From Candidatus Hodarchaeota archaeon (lineage in GTDB: Archaea; Asgardarchaeota; Lokiarchaeia; Sigyniarchaeales; SOKP01): a stretch of 64,000 bases of DNA. Positions 56,564-64,000 of the stretch are shown one piece after another. The position numbers and the translations under genes are program-made. Position 1 is the stretch's first letter, and each line of letters starts with the position of its first letter. Below the pieces are notes generated by a model. That model saw nothing but the letters and a program-made list of their open reading frames with translations. It did not search any database and had not been told where the DNA came from. The stretch covers positions 1 to 64,000 of the forward strand of contig JBHLJY010000006.1 in NCBI GenBank assembly GCA_048887225.1, written 5' to 3'.

Positions 56564-57985
56564 TTAGTCTGAGTTTGATGTTCTTAAAGATTTGATTTTC
56601 TCAGCAATCAAATTTGAATTGTACTCATCTTGTAAATCTTGATAATAATGTAGTGCTTTTTGCCAATTGGACAATGCTAATTCAATAATTCCTTTATTAA
56701 TATAGATATCGCCTAATTTATGAAGAATCTGCGCTGAATTTTTTGTGTAATTTTGATCTTCAAAGATTTCTAAAGCATCCTCATAATTTTTAATAGATTC
56801 TGATTCATTTCCAATATTATCTAGGAAAATTTGAGCTATTTTACTCCTGATTTGAGCAACCTTAATATCGTTTCCAAATTTATAATAAATCTCATTTGAT
56901 AAATTGTAATAATCAATTGCATTTTGATATTCTCCTTTAATAGTATAGAATTTTGCTAAATTTTTTAATATATTTGCTTCATTTAGGCTTTCTCCTAATT
57001 CAAAAATGCGAACTGCTTCAAGACTTTTTAATAAATAAACTTCAGCCTCTCTATATTTCTTCCAAAATAGATTTAACTTACCTAAATAGAGATAACACTC
57101 CCATTTTAGTTGTGTATTAACAAATATAGATGTTTGACTTTTTACGCTTTTAATCAAATCTAATGCGTCTTTTAAATTTTGGTGTGAATATTGGTAATTG
57201 CTAGAACCTAAGTTGTAATTTAGCTTTCCAAGTTTAATAAGCGAAATTATTGTTCCATATATATCACCGGATTGTCTAAAATATTCTAAATTTCTATTTA
57301 AGATTCTTTTAACTTTATCATGATTCTTTAATAAAAATAAGACATCTATAAGATTACTTGACGTTTTAATTTCTTCTGAAACAAAATTGTTTTGTTCAGC
57401 CAATTTTAGCGCCTTGTTATAAAATTCATAGCTATGATCTAAATCGTTAATTAAATAATAAATATTTGCTAAATTATTGTAAACTAAGATTAGTTTACGT
57501 TTTTCATTAATTTTTTTGAGAACTCCTATGGATTGTTCAAAATGATAAATAGCATCATCAAAAAATCCATTTTCTTCGTGTATCAAGCCAATTTCATTAT
57601 GTGAAATCGCTAAATTCAAAAAATCATTCTCTTCCATAAAATAATTCAATGCTAATTCTAAAACTTTTAAAGATGTTGATAAATCTCTTTTTATGTAATA
57701 TAAACTAGCTTTTTCTAATAGCAAGCTCCCAGAAGATTCTCCTAAGCTTTGTTTTTGCTCTAAATTTCTATTAATTTCATCGATTTTTTTCTCAATTTTT
57801 TCGTCATTAATAATATTGAAATCATATAATTCTTCCTCCATATGATAATGTTTTAATATTGCCAAATCATTATCAATTGTCTGACTCATTTTTTTTCTTT
57901 CTAAATTAACGATTAAGGGCTTATTACATTGTTTACAATAATCCCAGTCAGGCTTGATATAATTCCCACAGTAAGGGCAATTCAT
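56564..57985 (-). CDS. TPR protein with N-terminal zinc ribbon
   Basis: CPYCG...CKQC followed by ~40-aa TPR-like repeats. Confidence 0.85.
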   Translation of the reverse strand: MNCPYCGNYIKPDWDYCKQCNKPLIVNLERKKMSQTIDNDLAILKHYHMEEELYDFNIINDEKIEKKIDEINRNLEQKQSLGESSGSLLLEKASLYYIKRDLSTSLKVLELALNYFMEENDFLNLAISHNEIGLIHEENGFFDDAIYHFEQSIGVLKKINEKRKLILVYNNLANIYYLINDLDHSYEFYNKALKLAEQNNFVSEEIKTSSNLIDVLFLLKNHDKVKRILNRNLEYFRQSGDIYGTIISLIKLGKLNYNLGSSNYQYSHQNLKDALDLIKSVKSQTSIFVNTQLKWECYLYLGKLNLFWKKYREAEVYLLKSLEAVRIFELGESLNEANILKNLAKFYTIKGEYQNAIDYYNLSNEIYYKFGNDIKVAQIRSKIAQIFLDNIGNESESIKNYEDALEIFEDQNYTKNSAQILHKLGDIYINKGIIELALSNWQKALHYYQDLQDEYNSNLIAEKIKSLRTSNSD

Positions 57986-57993
57986 ATTAAAAT

Positions 57994-58947
57994 TTACAAT
58001 CGATTTTTATGATTTTTATTTCTGGTTTTTTTATAGTCTTTTAATTCATTTTCAATATCTTTATCACTAAGTCCTAAAGATTTAATTAAAGTTTTGAGTT
58101 GAAATATGGCATTAGTAGCTTTTAATTTTTCAGCTAAATGTAATGCTTTAATAAACTCCTTTTTTGCTTCCTTAAATTTCCCTAAGTAGAATAATGTTTC
58201 TCCTATATAACCTAATCCTCGCATAATCAATTCTACAAAATTAGAATCGATTGCTTGATTTGTTCCTTTTTTAAAAGATAATAGTGCTTTATAATATCTG
58301 TTATTTCGTTTTTCTATAATTCCTAAATTAAAATACGATGTAATAATTCCTTTATTATCCTTGAGTTTAACAAAGGCTTCTAAAGATTTTTTATACAAGT
58401 CATAAACAATATCCCATTTTTCTTGCGTTTCATGAATATAAATTAAATTTCCTAAGCAATCCAATAAATTATAGATATCATTATCATCGGAACAAATCTC
58501 ACTACATTCCAAAAACAGTTCGCAAGCGTCATCTAATTTGTTTAATTTAATATAACTGTTTCCAAGTCCTTTTAAACACGTAATTTCTTCCTTTACTTGT
58601 TTTAATTCATTGTATATATTATATGCATTTTTATAGTTTTCAATTGCTTTTTCATATTCGCTTTTTTTAAAATACAGGGTACCTAAAACTCCTAATACAG
58701 CTGCTTGTCCTAGCCTATCCCGTTGCTTTTTAAAATGTTTTAAGCAGATTAAAAAATTTTTCTCAGATTCATCATATTGTTCAATTCCTAACTGGAGAAA
58801 CGCAATCTCACTAAGTTCTTTTATATAATTTGAAGTCTTACCAATTTTTTCAAATAATTCCTTTAGTATCACAGACTTTTCTTGGATTAATTTTTCAATT
58901 TCTTCCCTAGTTAATTCAATGTCTTTATTAAATAGAAAAAAATTCAC
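57994..58947 (-). CDS. TPR repeat protein
   Basis: Repeats such as LGTLYFKKSEYEKAIENYKNAY and IGETLFYLGKFKEAKKEFIKAL. Confidence 0.85.
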   Translation of the reverse strand: MNFFLFNKDIELTREEIEKLIQEKSVILKELFEKIGKTSNYIKELSEIAFLQLGIEQYDESEKNFLICLKHFKKQRDRLGQAAVLGVLGTLYFKKSEYEKAIENYKNAYNIYNELKQVKEEITCLKGLGNSYIKLNKLDDACELFLECSEICSDDNDIYNLLDCLGNLIYIHETQEKWDIVYDLYKKSLEAFVKLKDNKGIITSYFNLGIIEKRNNRYYKALLSFKKGTNQAIDSNFVELIMRGLGYIGETLFYLGKFKEAKKEFIKALHLAEKLKATNAIFQLKTLIKSLGLSDKDIENELKDYKKTRNKNHKNRL

Positions 58948-58963
58948 CTTATTTTTATTAATT

Positions 58964-59470
58964 TTATTTTATTTTACGTAATCCGCTTAATGGGCATGCA
59001 TATGTTGGACATTTATTACAACCAGTTTTTTGGTGTATTCCTAACGTTATAACAACTATCATGGAATATAAAATCAATAGAATCCAATCAACGACAGTTA
59101 AATCCTCAACAAATAATAAATAGAGATAGAGATATATTGGCATTAAATTCGCAAGAGCAAGGAAGGATATGTCGAACAATATCATTTTCCAAAGTCCTCC
59201 ACCCTCAAGAAAATTTTTCTTTTCTGAACGCTTAAATAACTTAGCACCAATGATTCCCATACCCCATGAAGGACAAGGCTTTCCAAGGAAGTCACAATGG
59301 CGACAGCTAACATATCTTCCTACTGTTATATAAAGAAGCCAAAACACCCAATAGAATATCAGCATTATCCAAGACTTTATTATTATCATAATTATAGCCA
59401 TAATCACCAAAATAAAAATAAATATTAAATTTGCTATAATAACTTTCTTAGTCCAAGGAGATTCACTCAT
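58964..59470 (-). CDS. Small 4-TM protein with two Cys clusters
   Basis: CRHCDFLGKPC and CNKCPTYACPL. Confidence 0.7.
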   Translation of the reverse strand: MSESPWTKKVIIANLIFIFILVIMAIIMIIIKSWIMLIFYWVFWLLYITVGRYVSCRHCDFLGKPCPSWGMGIIGAKLFKRSEKKNFLEGGGLWKMILFDISFLALANLMPIYLYLYLLFVEDLTVVDWILLILYSMIVVITLGIHQKTGCNKCPTYACPLSGLRKIK

Positions 59471-59590
59471 ATAAAATCATTTTATTTTAATAATTTATAA
59501 TATATATCTATAAAAATTAAAAAAATGCGAATCTATTAATATATTTAGCAAAGCAATTATTTTTAAATTATTAAAAAAAGGGATTATATC

Positions 59591-60703
59591 TTGAAATTTA
59601 AAGCAAGATTATGGGACAAGCTTAATGATAATAAAGTTAAATGTCACGTCTGCGCCAATGAATGTATTATAACGCCCGGAAAAGTTGGTACTTGTCGAAC
59701 GCGTAAAAATTTTGATGGTGAATTATTCACACTAATCTATGGATCTCTTATATCAATGGGAAGCTTGGATCCCATTGAAAAAAAACCTCTTTATAATTTT
59801 TGGCCTGGAGCAACAGCATATTCAATTGCTTCGATAGGATGTTCTTTTCGATGTCTTAATTGCCAGAATTGGTCAATAAGTCAAGCATGTCCTACTGATG
59901 ATGGAAAAGATGGATATTATGATTTTGAAGGTTTTAATAATCGCAAAATGTCGCTTGTTGAATTGACTCCAGACAAACTTGTTAAAAAAGTTATTAAAAG
60001 TGGAGCGAAAACTTTAGCTTACACATATAACGAACCGCTAATTTGGCACGAGTGGATTTTAGACACAACAATCCTTCTTAAGAAAGAAGATATAAAAACA
60101 ATTTTAGTTACGAATGGTTTTTCTACTCCAGAGGCTTCGAAAGAATTAATTGAAATAGGGATTGATGCAGCAAATATTGATATTAAAGGTATAACTGATG
60201 AATTTTATAAAAAAATCTGTGGAGTTAAGTCTGTACAACCAGTTTTAGATACAGCTAAGCGTTTTAAGGATAATGGGATTCATGTGGAGATTACTAACTT
60301 AATACTTCCAGATATGAACGATGGAAAAGAGGAACTTGAGAAATTATGTAATTGGATTGCGGAAAATTTAGGAAAAAATACCCCCACCCACTTTTCCGCA
60401 TATCATCCTGATTTTAAAATGCCTTCTAAGAAAAGAACACCGTACGAGACCTTAGATATGGCATATAAAATTGCGAAAGAAGCTGGTTTATATTTTCCAT
60501 ATGTCGGAAATATAAGACACGACGAGGGAAGCAATACCTATTGTCCAAAATGTAATTATTTATTATTTGGAAGATCAGGATACGCTTTTACTAAAATTGA
60601 CATAACTGACGATAACAAATGCCCTAATTGCGGTTATGACTTAAAAAATGATATAATTGGAAAAGTCAATAAAAAGCCTTCGCATCGATTTAGCTTTTTA
60701 TAA
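59591..60703 (+). CDS. amrS: AmmeMemoRadiSam system radical SAM enzyme
   Basis: CHVCANEC, DPIEKKPLYNF, GCSFRCLNCQNW, AYTYNEP, YVGN, TYCPKC. Confidence 0.92.
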   Translation: MKFKARLWDKLNDNKVKCHVCANECIITPGKVGTCRTRKNFDGELFTLIYGSLISMGSLDPIEKKPLYNFWPGATAYSIASIGCSFRCLNCQNWSISQACPTDDGKDGYYDFEGFNNRKMSLVELTPDKLVKKVIKSGAKTLAYTYNEPLIWHEWILDTTILLKKEDIKTILVTNGFSTPEASKELIEIGIDAANIDIKGITDEFYKKICGVKSVQPVLDTAKRFKDNGIHVEITNLILPDMNDGKEELEKLCNWIAENLGKNTPTHFSAYHPDFKMPSKKRTPYETLDMAYKIAKEAGLYFPYVGNIRHDEGSNTYCPKCNYLLFGRSGYAFTKIDITDDNKCPNCGYDLKNDIIGKVNKKPSHRFSFL

Positions 60704-60737
60704 ATATATAAAAATAAAAAAAATAAGATTTTAATAA

Positions 60738-61385
60738 TTAAACAATTGAGGTTCCTAAAGCTACTAATATAATTCCTTGAATGAAACAAAAGATTGCGGC
60801 AACAAACGCTAATGGAGGCCAAGAAATGATTTTAGAAACAGCCATAAAAGCTGCTGTGTAAAATTTTACTGTTATAGCAGTAATTGCAAATATGATTAAA
60901 AATATAACTATTAAAACGACTGCTATTGCAGTTGAAATTGTAACACCAAGCGCCACAATTACCCATATAATTATGGCGGTTACTAATGACGCAGCAGCAA
61001 GTCCAATTATACTTGCTATAGGAAGATCATTCAATGGTTTAAAGAATGTTAACAATCCAAAAATAATTAAGAAAATTGCAGTAAAATAATTAACCGAATC
61101 AGCCGTTTCAGTGGAATATTTTGTACTAGGGGGTATATCTAGTATTAATCCAGAAGCACCACAGAAAATACTTAATATACCAACAATAAATCCTATAAAT
61201 GTTAATAATTTTAAAAAGGGAGTTATATTGAAGTCCCAATCATCGATTTTCGTCAATTTTCGCCATGTTTCTCTTCTGTTCGCTTCGTATGATGCATAAA
61301 TTAACCACATAACTCCAAGTATCACCATCATAAGCCATGCAACTTGCGCTAATGGTTTAAAAATTCCATCTACCCATTCTACCAT
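60738..61385 (-). CDS. Hypothetical multi-pass membrane protein
   Basis: 215-aa highly hydrophobic ORF. Confidence 0.7.
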   Translation of the reverse strand: MVEWVDGIFKPLAQVAWLMMVILGVMWLIYASYEANRRETWRKLTKIDDWDFNITPFLKLLTFIGFIVGILSIFCGASGLILDIPPSTKYSTETADSVNYFTAIFLIIFGLLTFFKPLNDLPIASIIGLAAASLVTAIIIWVIVALGVTISTAIAVVLIVIFLIIFAITAITVKFYTAAFMAVSKIISWPPLAFVAAIFCFIQGIILVALGTSIV

Positions 61386-61503
61386 TTAAATACGCACCAA
61401 AATATAGATTTTTAATTTATATTATAATTATACGAATATTGTGTATTAACTATAATATAATTTTATGGTAATCCAATATTTATTAAAAAAACAAATATAC
61501 GAA

Positions 61504-63198
61504 TTATTTAATAAATGATACGGTTTTTTTGATATAATCTAGATAAATATCAATTTCTTCATTTTTCTTCTCTTCATTCCAAGAATATTCTTCTGCCATA
61601 AGTTCAGCTACTTTTTTAGCAGCTTCAAGTGCTTTCTTATGACTTATCCATAATGACATTTCTGTTCGTCGGCAAAAAACATCAATTAAATGGGGAGTTA
61701 ATTCACATCTGAGACAATAAATGATTTCTGCCTTAATAAAATCATTTTCTTCGATAATTCTTTCTTTTAAAGACTCATCATCTTTGATAAGCTCAAGAAT
61801 CTTAAATGCTCCCTTACCGTATTGTTGATATACATGGTCTGTAATATCTTTGTCTAAATTAAGTCCGGAATTTTTTATCTCATTTATCCAATCTTCCTTT
61901 TCAAGACTGATTATAAATTTTTGTTTTGAAAAATTCTTTTCTCTATTAATATCTTTAAATATATGTTTTTCTTCAATTTCTTTAAATAAATCTTCGGCCA
62001 TACTTCGCCATGCAGTTAATTTTCCTCCTGTAATTGTTAATAAACCATCATCAGAGAAAAAAATGATGTGCTTTCGAGAAATCTCACTTTCAGATTTACC
62101 TTTTTGCATAACTAAGGGTCTAATTCCAGCATAAGTCGAAAGTATATTATCATAATCTAGCTCGGCATTTGGAAAATAAAATTTTGTGGAACTAATTAAA
62201 TAATCAGCATCTTCTTTATCGCAAAAAGGATTGGCTAAATCTCCATTGTAATCAGTATCAGTAGTTCCTATGATTGTAAAATTATTATTACGTGGTAATA
62301 CAAAAAAAGCCCGATCATCTGAAATGGAGCGAATAATAGTCGCCATTTTATTCTTAACATGTTCTCTTCTATATTGCAAATGAACACCTTTAGTGGGACG
62401 AATAAGTGGCTCGGGAATCTCTTCTGGATAACTTTCTAATAAATTATCACTCCATATGCCTGTAGCATTTACAACTAATGTCCCCTTTATTTCAAAATCA
62501 TTATCGTTTTCTAAGTCTCTACATTTTACACCTATAATTTTTCCGTTATCTTTAACATATCCATTAACTTTACAATAATTAATTATATCAGCACCTCGAA
62601 TTACCGCTTCTTTTAACGTTTCTATGGTTAATCTAGCATCATCAACATTAGTGTCATAATATACGGCTCCACCTAAATTGCCTTCCCTTAAATATTCAGG
62701 TTCTAATTCAAACACTTCTTCAGGTTTATACCATTTATGCTCTTTAAAAATTTTAAATTCTGTGTCCTTATTTCCTAAGAAATCGTATATTTTGACGGCG
62801 CTCATTATAGTGCGCTTATTATATTTTCCATCCTTCAAATGAACAAAGAGAAATGGAATAGGGCGAACTAGATGACATAATGCCCACATTAGCCAGTTAC
62901 GTTCAGTCGTAGATTCATGAACTAAATCCATATCTCCATGACTAAGATACCTTATCCCTCCATGAGCTAATTTAGAGGACCTCGAAGATGTGCCTGCCGC
63001 AAAATCCTGCATATCTACAAGGGCAACTTTTAGATTTCTTAAAGCAGCTTCCCGTGCCACTCCTGCACCAGTTATTCCTGCTCCTATTACAATAACATCA
63101 TAACAAGTTTCTTGTAATCGTTTTATGATATTTTCTCTATTTTTATAGTTCCAAGATTGATCAAATAATTTACGTTCTAATTCACTCATTTTAACCAC
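61504..63198 (-). CDS. glpD: FAD-dependent glycerol-3-phosphate dehydrogenase
   Basis: GAGITGAG, GTSSRSSKLAHGGIRYL, DDARL, PTKGVH, IGTTDT, AGIRPL, SRKH, GGKLT. Confidence 0.92.
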   Translation of the reverse strand: MVKMSELERKLFDQSWNYKNRENIIKRLQETCYDVIVIGAGITGAGVAREAALRNLKVALVDMQDFAAGTSSRSSKLAHGGIRYLSHGDMDLVHESTTERNWLMWALCHLVRPIPFLFVHLKDGKYNKRTIMSAVKIYDFLGNKDTEFKIFKEHKWYKPEEVFELEPEYLREGNLGGAVYYDTNVDDARLTIETLKEAVIRGADIINYCKVNGYVKDNGKIIGVKCRDLENDNDFEIKGTLVVNATGIWSDNLLESYPEEIPEPLIRPTKGVHLQYRREHVKNKMATIIRSISDDRAFFVLPRNNNFTIIGTTDTDYNGDLANPFCDKEDADYLISSTKFYFPNAELDYDNILSTYAGIRPLVMQKGKSESEISRKHIIFFSDDGLLTITGGKLTAWRSMAEDLFKEIEEKHIFKDINREKNFSKQKFIISLEKEDWINEIKNSGLNLDKDITDHVYQQYGKGAFKILELIKDDESLKERIIEENDFIKAEIIYCLRCELTPHLIDVFCRRTEMSLWISHKKALEAAKKVAELMAEEYSWNEEKKNEEIDIYLDYIKKTVSFIK

Positions 63199-63322
63199 AT
63201 TTTTAAATGAATATAATATAATTAAGATTTTAAAATTTTATTCAAAAGCATTGTCTTGGGATTTATAGACACGCATTAGAGTTATTAAATCATTTTATTT
63301 TACAAAACATAATTATTTTAGA

Positions 63323-64000
63323 TCAATCTTGTAATATTTTTTGTAAAATTAAAGGTAATGCGTAAATATCGCAATAATTATGATCAACACATTCTTTAAC
63401 TAATCCAATATATTTTTCAGGATTCTTCAGAAATCTTCTATAACAAGTTCCTACCATATTACTTGGTAATTGATTTTTCCTCTCCAAATTTAATAACTCT
63501 CTTTCCATATTAATGAGCGTATAATCAAAAAAACTTCCCTTAAATTTGCGACGACAGCTGTGGTATAAATCAATGTGGTGATATCTTGTATTAACATTCT
63601 CATAAGGTATTTCATTTTCAGAAATCATTGGATTTTCATCAAAATAGTATAGAAATCGATTTGCAATATAGGGAATGTCAAATGTTTTTCCATTATACGA
63701 AACGAAACATTTAAAGTGTGGTAAAATTTCTCTTCGAAGATGCTCGCAAATTGCTATTTCTTCTTCTAATTCTCGGGCAAATAAGATATCTACATGAAAT
63801 CTATTAGCTTTGTAATATCCTATTCCCACAATAATCATAGGGGAATCATAAATTCCTAAAGTTTCTATGTCAAGAAATAGTATTTCTTCTAACTCGAAGC
63901 AGAATGCAACATCTAAATCGCTAACATATCTATTTTTATAGAGTTTTTTATAGGCTCTATCATGAATTAAATTTAAAATTTTATTTGCGGAATGTCTGTA
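63323..64000 (-). CDS. YprB-like RNase_H_2 (DEDD-fold) protein, 5' end outside window
   Basis: Frame open to the window edge: ILFLDIETLG, SYNGKTFDIPYI, HIDL, HNYCDI. Confidence 0.85.
   Translation of the reverse strand, partial: YRHSANKILNLIHDRAYKKLYKNRYVSDLDVAFCFELEEILFLDIETLGIYDSPMIIVGIGYYKANRFHVDILFARELEEEIAICEHLRREILPHFKCFVSYNGKTFDIPYIANRFLYYFDENPMISENEIPYENVNTRYHHIDLYHSCRRKFKGSFFDYTLINMERELLNLERKNQLPSNMVGTCYRRFLKNPEKYIGLVKECVDHNYCDIYALPLILQKILQD

Noticed and set aside
749-62134. Short antisense or nested ORFs in the track (e.g. 749-1018, 4870-5172, 8981-9421, 11036-11593, 35053-35415, 43570-43872, 51582-51905)
   Set aside because: They lie on top of well-supported genes and have no motifs of their own.
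1-64000. tRNA/rRNA genes, integrase or transposase
   Set aside because: No GC-rich structured RNA stretch or recombinase/transposase ORF was recognised by eye; a tRNAscan/Infernal run would be needed to exclude small RNAs.

Overview
Very AT-rich archaeal chromosomal DNA, most likely from an Asgard archaeon (Lokiarchaeia/Promethearchaeota). This rests on a RagA/Gtr1-like GTPase, a Rab-like GTPase, a presenilin-type protease, eL33, an LRR protein with the Loki-type N-terminal domain, and H4MPT/F420 Wood-Ljungdahl genes (mch, mtd, ftr, cdhA). The first ~18.3 kb is a coherent metal-cluster assembly and metal-uptake locus resembling the Desulfovibrio orange-protein (ORP) gene set. It holds three NifB/NifX-fold proteins, two ferredoxin-MinD ATPases, Mrp/Nbp35, an IscU-like scaffold, a radical SAM enzyme, ZIP, FeoAB, OsmC, an MBL hydrolase, DUF5320, and DUF134 and DtxR regulators, plus a stand-alone CODH alpha subunit. 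The sequence shows three unannotated layers of structure here. (i) A 16-bp palindrome (ATGAATAATTATTCAT or close variants) occurs 8 times in the locus promoters, including upstream of cdhA, with two pairs spaced exactly 61 bp apart. (ii) A 52-bp promoter cassette is duplicated upstream of the MBL gene and feoA. (iii) Imperfect ~49-63-bp direct repeats bracket the whole block (104-166 and 18298-18359) and translate as decayed TatD-like sequence, suggesting an old integrated island. The rest of the window is core and accessory genes. Notable there are a perfect 20-bp palindrome upstream of a wHTH-frhB pair, probable ATA/ATT start codons, an unannotated 53-aa ORF, a protein with a TFIIB/cyclin-like C-terminal motif, and an MTAP with a zinc-ribbon insertion. 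No rRNA, tRNA, CRISPR array, integrase or transposase was recognised. All calls are by-eye motif recognition; no database searches were run.
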